Below are positions 16,282 to 23,322 of a stretch of 25,657 bases of DNA, one piece after another. The notes beneath the pieces are model-generated. The model saw only the letters and a list, made by a program, of their open reading frames with translations. It was not told the DNA's origin and did no database searches. Numbering within the stretch: position 1 is the first letter of the stretch; every line of letters starts with the position of its first letter. A program made the translations under genes and the position numbers. The stretch is from a virus. Taxonomy: Duplodnaviria; Caudoviricetes. Location: positions 1-25,657 of IMG/VR virus record IMGVR_UViG_3300046009_005703. One strand, 5' to 3'.

Positions 16282-16311
16282 TATAGCATGATGGAAACGA
16301 AGGAACACCAG

Positions 16312-16719
16312 ATGACCTACACTTTCGACTCGCGCATTGTCTCGGACCTCCACAAGGACGCCTATGGCTACCGCCCCTCGACCTACTTCTGGGCTGAGTG
16401 GCACGCTGCCACCGATGCAGGCAAGCAGGAGATCTGGGATGACCTGCAGGACGCGCTGGATCGCGCCATGGAGTATGACCGTCGCCGGGAGGACGCCGCT
16501 ATCGCCGACTACAACCTGGAGATCGCCGAACTGATCGCCACGGGTGCCGCTGACGAGCACCAGGCCCGTAAGTGGATGGTGCAGGCGCTGAAGCCCACTG
16601 AGATGGACCTGCGCTACGGCGGGTCGTGGGTCTGCTTCGAGCTGGGTCTGCCCTACAGCATGAAGGGAGACTTTGAGGAGGTCTGCAAGGAACTGGGCCG
16701 TGAGATGGAGGTGGCATGA
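16312..16719 (+). CDS. conserved phage hypothetical protein
   Basis: SDLHKDAYGYRP...LGLPY family pattern. Confidence 0.85.
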   Translation: MTYTFDSRIVSDLHKDAYGYRPSTYFWAEWHAATDAGKQEIWDDLQDALDRAMEYDRRREDAAIADYNLEIAELIATGAADEHQARKWMVQALKPTEMDLRYGGSWVCFELGLPYSMKGDFEEVCKELGREMEVA

Positions 16720-16967
16720 TGGAGGAGAAGCAGATGCTCAAGGTTGGTCAGAAGGTTCGCTTTGTGGGTCGCCCGCAGGAGATGGGTAAGCACCATCCTG
16801 ACTTCGCTCAGCTGCTGGGTCAGGTCGGCACGGTGATGGATGCGGACATCGGCTACGAGGTTCGCTTTGAGGGGTTCTATTGGGCCGGTGACGAGGACCC
16901 CTATCTGCCGGAGGTCCCGCGCAACTGGTTTGTCTGCTGGGGTGATGAACTGGAGGTGGTGGAATGA
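16716..16967 (+). CDS. hypothetical protein, SH3/KOW-like
   Basis: KVGQKVRFVG...GQVGTV...YEVRF...ELEVV. Confidence 0.75.
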   Translation: MMEEKQMLKVGQKVRFVGRPQEMGKHHPDFAQLLGQVGTVMDADIGYEVRFEGFYWAGDEDPYLPEVPRNWFVCWGDELEVVE

Positions 16968-17212
16968 AACTGGAAACGCGCTACTACGTTGCTAGCCGCA
17001 CTGAGGATGGTCTGCTGAAGATCTCCCATGAAGAGATGGGTCCCTACTATGACACCACAGTTCTGATCACCCGGGACGGCTATGACACTCGGGAAGCCGC
17101 CATCGCTGCTGTGGAGGGCTACGTCAAATACTACAAGGAGCGCTTTGAGTGGTCTCCCCGCTATATCTTCATGGTCTTGGAAGAATACACTGTGAGCGAG
17201 GACAAGGAATGA
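16964..17212 (+). CDS. hypothetical protein
   Basis: GGAGG SD, ATGA coupling. Confidence 0.75.
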   Translation: MKLETRYYVASRTEDGLLKISHEEMGPYYDTTVLITRDGYDTREAAIAAVEGYVKYYKERFEWSPRYIFMVLEEYTVSEDKE

Positions 17213-17370
17213 GCGACTACCAAGTGAACCTGCAGCAGGACTGGAACGACCTCCTGGTAGAGATCGGGACCCTCCTGCAGAAGCATCCGGAGCTTACTGC
17301 TACCGAGATCGAAGAGATCACCGGTGCAGACTACGAGGACGTTCTATGGGCTATGGCAAAGGTGAAGTGA
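17209..17370 (+). CDS. small hypothetical protein, possible HTH
   Basis: MSDYQVNL...LTATEIEEITGADYEDV. Confidence 0.65.
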   Translation: MSDYQVNLQQDWNDLLVEIGTLLQKHPELTATEIEEITGADYEDVLWAMAKVK

Positions 17371-17582
17371 TGACCGGATGGGTTATGAAGACTGAGTTTG
17401 TGACAGAGACCCCCCTGGAGCATGGGAACTGGTCTGCTGTCGAGTTTGAGACCTTCGAGGAGGCTTTAGTATGGTGGAGTGCTCCTGACACCAAGTCAGC
17501 ACTCCACCGTCATATGACCCTGGCCGATCCTAGTGGTAAAGTAGTCGCGGGACGGTATGTGCCGGTAGGAGAGAGAGCATGA
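17370..17582 (+). CDS. hypothetical protein
   Basis: TGATG coupling. Confidence 0.7.
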   Translation: MTGWVMKTEFVTETPLEHGNWSAVEFETFEEALVWWSAPDTKSALHRHMTLADPSGKVVAGRYVPVGERA

Positions 17583-17794
17583 CCAACTATACTGGCTACA
17601 CCGGTGGCTTTGACTACTGGCACAAGAACCCCCCTGCTCCATTTAACCCCCTCTATGACCCAGGGGCTAAAGCGCGGTATGCAGCAGTCACCAAGTCCCT
17701 GGAGGCGGACGGGTTCTATGACAACCACACCAGAGAAGAGTGCGCTGCAGAGTGGCGCCGTCGCTATGAAGAACTGAAGGAGGCAGGCAAGTGA
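17579..17794 (+). CDS. hypothetical protein
   Basis: 71 aa, ATGA coupling. Confidence 0.75.
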   Translation: MTNYTGYTGGFDYWHKNPPAPFNPLYDPGAKARYAAVTKSLEADGFYDNHTREECAAEWRRRYEELKEAGK

Positions 17795-18147
17795 CCATGC
17801 ATATGATCCGAGGAGTCATGGCTCCGGGTTCGGGTAAGAAGAAGCCTAAGAAGAAGACCGCCTCAGTGCTAGCCGCCGAGAAAGCACTACGGGACACTCT
17901 AGCCAGGGTGGGCTATAAAGGGGGATCTAGCAACACCGGTAAGAGAGCCTACCAGCATGATCTGGGGGTCACTAGAGACCGGGGGCTTAGTGACACCATC
18001 CCTGGCAACGGGACCAAGAGGGAGGCCTCTATATATACTGGGAACGAGATTGCGGGCATCGCTGTCATGCATAAGAGCAACCTGGTGCCAGTGCGGCGGG
18101 ACAGGAAAGAGGGGTTCGTAGAGATCTCCCAGATGAGACGTAGCTAA
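17791..18147 (+). CDS. conserved basic T4-like phage protein
   Basis: C-terminal YTG..IAGIAVMHKSNLVPV...EISQMRR motif. Confidence 0.82.
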   Translation: MTMHMIRGVMAPGSGKKKPKKKTASVLAAEKALRDTLARVGYKGGSSNTGKRAYQHDLGVTRDRGLSDTIPGNGTKREASIYTGNEIAGIAVMHKSNLVPVRRDRKEGFVEISQMRRS

Positions 18148-18159
18148 GAGGAGTAGTAG

Positions 18160-18858
18160 TTGTTACTAGTGTTTGATGTAGATGGCACCCTGACACCGAG
18201 TAGGGGTAGAATAGACGAGGAGTTCCGTCAGTGGCTTCTAAATGATCTTCCGATCCCCTTTGTTTTGATAACAGGATCTGACCCAGCTAAGACTAGGGAA
18301 CAGGTCGGTGATGAACTATACAACTCGACCACGGTCTATAACTGTGCCGGTAACCATATCTTCCGCAGAGGAGAGGAGGTTTATAAGAGCCCCTGGCGTA
18401 TCTCCCCGGCTGTAGAACGGCTACTAGAGAGGGAACTGTCAGCTAGTGAGTGGTCGCAGAAGACCGGTAAGCATATAGAGCACCGGGTTGGAATGACCAA
18501 CTTCAGCGTGGTCGGTAGGAACGCCACCCTTGACCAGCGTAAAGCCTACTACCACTATGATCTGGAGGTGGGTGAGAGGGCTCGCATTGCTCAACTGATC
18601 ATGCAGGAGGATTCCGATACAGAGGCTAGTGTTGCTGGAGAGACCGGTATTGATATCCACAAGAGAGGGACAGGGAAGGACCAGCTGATCAAGTATGTCT
18701 CTAGGAAGGATCTACTGATTTTCTTCGGGGATAGAATGGACCCTGCGGGTAACGACTACTCTCTAGCGCAGGCTATTGAGAAGGGGGATCTCGGTGTTTG
18801 TCATCACGTAAAGGATTGGCAAGAGACTTTCTCTATTTTAGCTAAAATGATCGCTTGA
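18160..18858 (+). CDS. HAD-IIB hydrolase, phosphomannomutase-like
   Basis: FDVDGTLT, ITGSD, IEHR..MTNFSVVGR, GIDI...GKDQ, FFGDRMDPAGND. Confidence 0.88.
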   Translation: MLLVFDVDGTLTPSRGRIDEEFRQWLLNDLPIPFVLITGSDPAKTREQVGDELYNSTTVYNCAGNHIFRRGEEVYKSPWRISPAVERLLERELSASEWSQKTGKHIEHRVGMTNFSVVGRNATLDQRKAYYHYDLEVGERARIAQLIMQEDSDTEASVAGETGIDIHKRGTGKDQLIKYVSRKDLLIFFGDRMDPAGNDYSLAQAIEKGDLGVCHHVKDWQETFSILAKMIA

Positions 18859-18883
18859 CATATTTTCAGGAATATTCGATAAC
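18855..18883 (+). promoter_or_regulatory. early promoter repeat
   Basis: TTGACA-tattttcaggaatattc-GATAAC. Confidence 0.8.
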
Positions 18884-18908
18884 TAGTGAGTATTCGAAGG
18901 AGGACAGA

Positions 18909-19256
18909 ATGAAACAAAAGCAGTATAGAGCCACTTACTACGTCTGGTATACTGATGGGGGTGGCAAGGAAGTGAATAAATTCCACGACCATTGGGTGGA
19001 CGATAGAGTTCTGAGGAACCTCGAGAATGACAAGGACGTGGATGGTCTGATAATTCTGGAAGAACGGATGTGGGACTATACAGATGATCCTAAGCGCTAC
19101 CGGGTTACTTACTACGAGTGGTCTTTTGACCGTCATGGCGACAAGGACTATACTTATATGGATCATTGGGTCTCTGCAAGCATCCTAGCTGATCTGCAGA
19201 AGGACAGTATGGTGGATGAACTCGAGATTCACGAAGAGATGGAGGACATGGAATGA
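18909..19256 (+). CDS. hypothetical protein with internal tandem duplication
   Basis: AAGGAGG SD; two ~50-aa YRxTYYxW...DHWV...VDxLxIxEE units. Confidence 0.8.
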   Translation: MKQKQYRATYYVWYTDGGGKEVNKFHDHWVDDRVLRNLENDKDVDGLIILEERMWDYTDDPKRYRVTYYEWSFDRHGDKDYTYMDHWVSASILADLQKDSMVDELEIHEEMEDME

Positions 19257-19633
19257 GTCACGAAGAACTGGTGAAGCGGCTGCGGGGCATGGACGGCGAC
19301 AGCATGAGCATCAAGACGCTGGACGAAGCCGCCGACCGCATCGAAGAACTGACCAAAGAGAACGCTAGGCTTGAGCGAGTGGTGAAGGACATTAGCGACG
19401 AGGCGGACTTGGCAGAGCAAGAAGCCTGCATGTTGGAGAACGACTTCATTAAGGCCGAGAAGGGGATCGAAGAACTCGAAGCCAAACTGGCAGAGTGCGA
19501 AGCACGACTTGGCAAGGCGGTGGAGGCGCTGCGGTATTACGCTGTTGAGGCAATGCCGTGGGAGGCGGATGATAGTCTTATTGCCCGCTGCGCGCTGGCC
19601 GAGATCGAGGGAGAGAAGGGATCAGGGCAATAA
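19253..19633 (+). CDS. coiled-coil phage protein
   Basis: ELVKRLR...EAADRIEEL...IEELEAKL. Confidence 0.8.
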   Translation: MSHEELVKRLRGMDGDSMSIKTLDEAADRIEELTKENARLERVVKDISDEADLAEQEACMLENDFIKAEKGIEELEAKLAECEARLGKAVEALRYYAVEAMPWEADDSLIARCALAEIEGEKGSGQ

Positions 19634-19661
19634 ATAACGGAAACCTATAGGAGTCTGTTAT
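19629..19661 (+). promoter_or_regulatory. T4-type late promoter-like box plus start-sequestering hairpin
   Basis: AATAAATA (T4 consensus TATAAATA); ATAACGGA 19634-41 pairs with TCTGTTAT 19654-61. Confidence 0.55.
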
Positions 19662-19878
19662 GGAAAGTTTTAGAAGTTTCTTAGAAGAAGGTCAGAAGGC
19701 GACTAAGAAAGAGGCGGGTTATATAGACCACCCCAAGGACGGCAATAAGTGTATTAACTGCACTATGTGGAGAGATCCTAATAAGTGCACCGCCGTCGCC
19801 GGTGATATTGATCCCGATGGTTGGTGCAAGTGGTATGCCGGTGGTGCATATGGCAAGCGCGGTAAAAAACTTCCTTGA
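19660..19878 (+). CDS. HiPIP-like (high-potential iron-sulfur) protein
   Basis: Y..HPKDGNK-CxxC-x8-C-x12-C ending in GDIDPDGWCKWY. Confidence 0.8.
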   Translation: MESFRSFLEEGQKATKKEAGYIDHPKDGNKCINCTMWRDPNKCTAVAGDIDPDGWCKWYAGGAYGKRGKKLP

Positions 19879-19903
19879 CATATTTTAGTTAATATCCGAT
19901 ACT
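19875..19903 (+). promoter_or_regulatory. early promoter repeat (diverged)
   Basis: TTGACA-17-GATACT. Confidence 0.7.
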
Positions 19904-19925
19904 GTTATAGAATTGGAGATTGGTT

Positions 19926-20246
19926 ATGAGATTTCGAAAACTTCTTTGCTATATCGGTCGGCACAAATACCGCACTGTTGAATGCACTCATGTATTCCAC
20001 ACTGAGTATAGAGGTCATCCGCGACACCATATGGTGTGGTATAAACAGTGTAGTTGCTGCGGCAAGCGTATAATGAAAGACACCGTTGAAAAAGACGTAG
20101 GACCTTTCCGTCACAACGGCGTTGAGTATGCCCGAGTGAATTGGGTAGAAAATGGTGTCATATATCTAGGCAATGGTGAGTATAAGAAACCGCAACCCCC
20201 AACTCCGATCAAACCTAAACTAAAAATCATCCCTGGCGGAAAATAA
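19926..20246 (+). CDS. hypothetical protein, possible Zn binding
   Basis: LLCYIGRHKY...CSCCGK; GGAG SD. Confidence 0.75.
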   Translation: MRFRKLLCYIGRHKYRTVECTHVFHTEYRGHPRHHMVWYKQCSCCGKRIMKDTVEKDVGPFRHNGVEYARVNWVENGVIYLGNGEYKKPQPPTPIKPKLKIIPGGK

Positions 20247-20256
20247 GGATTAGATT

Positions 20257-20541
20257 ATGTTTAACGATAGAGAATTTGATAAACTGAAAAGTGACCTCGA
20301 CTTCTACGCTCGAGATTACGCGAAAGCAGAAGCAGGACTTCGCGCAGCCAAAGAGGAAGCTATCGAGAAGGTTCGCGGGAAAGATACGGCAGGCCTTGAA
20401 GTCGTGCAGATTCTCAATGAGATGAGTCGCAAGATGGACGATCTCCAATTGGACAAGCGCATCAGTAAAGAATACTTCTACAAGACCAAGGACAAGATGC
20501 TCGCCATGGTTGAGAACGTTGTCCTTCATGAAAGCTATTGA
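20257..20541 (+). CDS. hypothetical helical protein
   Basis: 94 aa, AAGGA SD. Confidence 0.75.
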   Translation: MFNDREFDKLKSDLDFYARDYAKAEAGLRAAKEEAIEKVRGKDTAGLEVVQILNEMSRKMDDLQLDKRISKEYFYKTKDKMLAMVENVVLHESY

Positions 20542-20576
20542 GTCTCCGGCTCGTTAAGATTTAAAAAGGATAGGCT

Positions 20577-20882
20577 ATGTCTGAGGATAATGTTAAAACC
20601 TTCAAGGACTCTCTAGAATCTCTCGGTAATATTTTCAAAGAAGTCGAGCAAATTTGGGAAAAGGATGCTAACGAGTTCTGGGATTCTTTGACGCAAGAGC
20701 AAAAGATGCTTGCTTTCTATTCTGTGGTAAAACGTATTCATAAAGGTGAGATCGAAGAATGCCATTCATATAGAAGTATTCTTTATGGCATCTTCGGTTT
20801 TGGTCCCGAAGCGTATGCCATGGGCATGTTCTGTGGTTTTATGGATATTCATAACGCTATTCCACTAAAGGCGGATAAATAA
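20577..20882 (+). CDS. hypothetical protein
   Basis: 101 aa, AAGGA SD; SYRSILYGIFGFGPEAY motif. Confidence 0.8.
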   Translation: MSEDNVKTFKDSLESLGNIFKEVEQIWEKDANEFWDSLTQEQKMLAFYSVVKRIHKGEIEECHSYRSILYGIFGFGPEAYAMGMFCGFMDIHNAIPLKADK

Positions 20883-20908
20883 CTTCCTCGTTATAGCGAA
20901 AGGAGGTT
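20874..20908 (+). promoter_or_regulatory. T4-type late promoter-like box plus SD-sequestering hairpin
   Basis: GATAAATA; AACTTCCT 20881-88 pairs with AGGAGGTT 20901-08. Confidence 0.55.
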
Positions 20909-20911
20909 CCT

Positions 20912-21064
20912 ATGTCTTTACTACAAGAATTAGAAGCGTTGATTGCAAGAACAGGTTCGTATAACGACCGGGAACTTCTAATAAAAGTTCTTGAACAATT
21001 GAAGAAAAACAACACACCTTCTACTTGGGGGTATTATACAAATAAGAAAGAGGTAAGGAGATGA
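20912..21064 (+). CDS. hypothetical protein (50 aa, not in ORF track)
   Basis: MSLLQELEALIARTGS...KEVRR*; AGGAGG SD; ATGA overlap with next gene. Confidence 0.65.
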   Translation: MSLLQELEALIARTGSYNDRELLIKVLEQLKKNNTPSTWGYYTNKKEVRR

Positions 21065-21279
21065 GTGACAAACTTGAATGGATCGACAGTGCCGAATACC
21101 ATCCCCTTGTATTTGCATTATCAGAAAGTCAAAAATTCGGGACTTTCCGTATTCATCGAGATGGCTTGATGTATTGGCCTTCATGGTCACCCGATTGCTC
21201 ACAGGACTTGGATGCTCTTAAACAAGAAGCGCAAACCATCCATGATGAGTGGTTCAAGCTTTCAACGCTGACCAGTTGA
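21061..21279 (+). CDS. hypothetical protein
   Basis: 72 aa, GAGG SD. Confidence 0.7.
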   Translation: MSDKLEWIDSAEYHPLVFALSESQKFGTFRIHRDGLMYWPSWSPDCSQDLDALKQEAQTIHDEWFKLSTLTS

Positions 21280-21466
21280 CACAATAGTAATCTACGGGTT
21301 TCTTATCCGGGTATACTGCAATAAGAGTTCCGTCTGCAACTACTCTGTAAATATCCGCTTCACATTCTACTTTGCTTTCAAAGAATAAATTACTTGTCAT
21401 GACTACACACTGTTCGGGTGTCTTCGTCATTTCTGTGGCACACATAAGAACTAATGCAGTGAACAT
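21254..21466 (-). CDS. small Cys-containing protein with hydrophobic N-terminus
   Basis: AGAGGA SD on - strand; MFTALVLMC...C...F...EC...YYC; fills a gap with no + ORF. Confidence 0.7.
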   Translation of the reverse strand: MFTALVLMCATEMTKTPEQCVVMTSNLFFESKVECEADIYRVVADGTLIAVYPDKKPVDYYCVNWSALKA

Positions 21467-21525
21467 AATTTCCTCTTGACAAATTATTGTAGATAATATT
21501 ACATATGATTATAGGAGGTGCTACA

Positions 21526-21741
21526 ATGGCAATCAAATACAGAATTAAATGTATGTCATCTGAACGTGGATGGGGTCGTGAATATTGGCACGAAGATTTC
21601 GACAACATACAGGAAGCAAAGAAACGCATCTATGAAATCAACTCCAATAACACCGCAACAACTGTTCCTGACTATTATGAAGTAGCAGAAAACAAAATCG
21701 AAGCAATTGAAGAAACAATGTCACCGCAAGGATATATTTAA
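21526..21741 (+). CDS. hypothetical protein
   Basis: AGGAGGT SD. Confidence 0.8.
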   Translation: MAIKYRIKCMSSERGWGREYWHEDFDNIQEAKKRIYEINSNNTATTVPDYYEVAENKIEAIEETMSPQGYI

Positions 21742-21742
21742 A

Positions 21743-21925
21743 ATGAACCACGACTTCACCAACTACTTCAACAACATCCTCAAATTTATCGCACTCGTCT
21801 TTATTATGAGTCTTGTCAGCAACCCTGAATCCATTGGTCGCTTTGAAGCACGTATGGATGTTGCTTATGATGAAATCTGGGGCGAATATGTCATGGATTG
21901 TGACTGCACCGAGTCGCTAGAATAG
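21743..21925 (+). CDS. small membrane protein
   Basis: MNHDF...ILKFIALVFIMSLVS; AAGGA SD. Confidence 0.65.
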   Translation: MNHDFTNYFNNILKFIALVFIMSLVSNPESIGRFEARMDVAYDEIWGEYVMDCDCTESLE

Positions 21926-21969
21926 CGATGTAGATTTTTCCCTTTTCTTGATCTTACATCGTTCAACCT

Positions 21970-21993
21970 AGACGCCTTCGGGCGTCTTTTTTT
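21970..21993 (+). terminator. intrinsic terminator
   Basis: AGACGCC-TTCG-GGCGTCT then T-run. Confidence 0.9.
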
Positions 21994-21998
21994 ATTAC

Positions 21999-22027
21999 TT
22001 GACATATTTTTAGAATATTCGTATAAG
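21999..22027 (+). promoter_or_regulatory. early promoter repeat
   Basis: TTGACA-17-TATAAG; ATGATG at 22034. Confidence 0.85.
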
Positions 22028-22058
22028 TATGTTATGATGAAAACCAACGGAGGGTGAG

Positions 22059-22271
22059 ATGTTTAAAGTTGTGAAAGGTGAGATGTCTGAGGCCTATGGT
22101 TACCAGCAAGTTCTGTTCCAGTCTCGTGTTGCGGAGGAATGCTTCAACTTCATTGATGCTCGTAAGAAGTCAGTAGAGAAGTCGGTTCGTATGACTGCTA
22201 AAGGCATGAAGGTCGTGGACGTTTTCGGTGACGAAGTGTCTCGTAAAGATGTTATGAAAAAAACCTCTTGA
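22059..22271 (+). CDS. hypothetical protein
   Basis: 70 aa, GGAGG SD. Confidence 0.75.
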   Translation: MFKVVKGEMSEAYGYQQVLFQSRVAEECFNFIDARKKSVEKSVRMTAKGMKVVDVFGDEVSRKDVMKKTS

Positions 22272-22296
22272 CATTTTTTGGAAATAATCCGATAAA
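22268..22296 (+). promoter_or_regulatory. early promoter repeat
   Basis: TTGACA-17-GATAAA. Confidence 0.8.
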
Positions 22297-22333
22297 CAAT
22301 ACATCAACAAAGCAAACGTGAAAGGAATACAAA

Positions 22334-23287
22334 ATGGCTCATATGGTTGAAACGATGGCTTATGCAGGTGAAGTTCCGTGGCATGGCCTGGGTGTGTCGG
22401 TTATCAATGATCTGACTCCGGAGCAGATGCTCAACAAAGCAGATCTGAACTGGACTGTTGACAAGGTTCCCGCCTATGTCGATTACAACGGTCAAAAACT
22501 CGATACGGGTAAGCAGGCGCTGGTGCGTTCTAGCGATAACCGTGTTTTGACGATGATCTCCGAGGACTGGGAACCTGTGCAGAATAGCACGGCATTCGAG
22601 TTTTTCAATGATTTCGTTATGGCAGGTGACATGGAAATGCACACTGCTGGTTCGCTGAAGCAAGGCAATATGGTTTGGGCACTTGCGAAGGTCAAGGACT
22701 CGTTCTCGCTGTTCAAGGGTAAAGATACGGTCGAGTCGTATCTGCTGTTCTCGAACCCGCATGAGTATGGTAAGTCGATTGACATTCGCTTCACTCCGAT
22801 TCGTGTCGTCTGCAATAACACGCTGACGCTTTCGCTGAACCAAAAGTCGGACATGATGGTGCGTCTGAATCACCGCCGTGCTTTCGATGGTGAGATGGTT
22901 AAGCAGACGATGGGTATTGCGAAGAACAAACTGCATCAGTATCAAGAGATGGCAGAGTTCCTGACTTCGAAGTCCTACAAGCCCGACACTGTGGTTGACT
23001 ACTTCCAACAAGTGTTCCCGCTTGCTGCGACCAAGTTGACTGAAGAAGAACAGAAACTGAAGATGTCGCGTCCTGCTGCGACCGCTCACGGAGTTCTGGA
23101 ATCGCAACCCGGTGCAGAATACGGTGCGGGTACTTGGTGGCAAGCGTTCAACGCTACGACCTTTGCTATCGACCACCTGCTCGGTCGTTCTGCAGATACT
23201 CGTATGCAATCTTCGTGGTATGGTGTGAACCGCACTAAGAAAATTCAAGCACTCGAAAAGGCAGTAGAGTTCGCTAACGCTGCTTGA
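22334..23287 (+). CDS. DUF932 / TIGR03299-type phage-plasmid protein
   Basis: MAHMVETMAYAGEVPWHGLG, PVQN..AFEFF, TAGSL..G..VWALA, FTPIRVVCNNTL, GTWWQAFNA. Confidence 0.9.
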   Translation: MAHMVETMAYAGEVPWHGLGVSVINDLTPEQMLNKADLNWTVDKVPAYVDYNGQKLDTGKQALVRSSDNRVLTMISEDWEPVQNSTAFEFFNDFVMAGDMEMHTAGSLKQGNMVWALAKVKDSFSLFKGKDTVESYLLFSNPHEYGKSIDIRFTPIRVVCNNTLTLSLNQKSDMMVRLNHRRAFDGEMVKQTMGIAKNKLHQYQEMAEFLTSKSYKPDTVVDYFQQVFPLAATKLTEEEQKLKMSRPAATAHGVLESQPGAEYGAGTWWQAFNATTFAIDHLLGRSADTRMQSSWYGVNRTKKIQALEKAVEFANAA

Positions 23288-23298
23288 TTTAAAAACAA

Positions 23299-23322
23299 AA
23301 GGGGAGTCGAAAGATTCCCCTT
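23299..23322. terminator. stem-loop terminator, possibly bidirectional
   Basis: AAGGGGAGTC-GAAA-GATTCCCCTT overlapping the next -35. Confidence 0.7.

Larger units (their letters stand above)
7654..16300 (+). repeat. dispersed ~45-55 bp promoter/leader repeat array separating single-gene cassettes
   Basis: 17 + strand copies in this span of consensus TTGACA-T(A/C)TTTTC(C/T)GGAATATTC-GATAAA-CAAAGC-ATGATGAAACG. Confidence 0.92.

Noticed and set aside
7654-16300. Repeat array as a CRISPR array
   Set aside because: Intervals are mostly 200-1000 nt protein-coding genes, and the repeats are degenerate promoters.
21476-21504. TTGACA upstream of ORF 21526 as a repeat-family promoter
   Set aside because: Spacer and -10 do not match the family; may be a weak promoter but unsupported.
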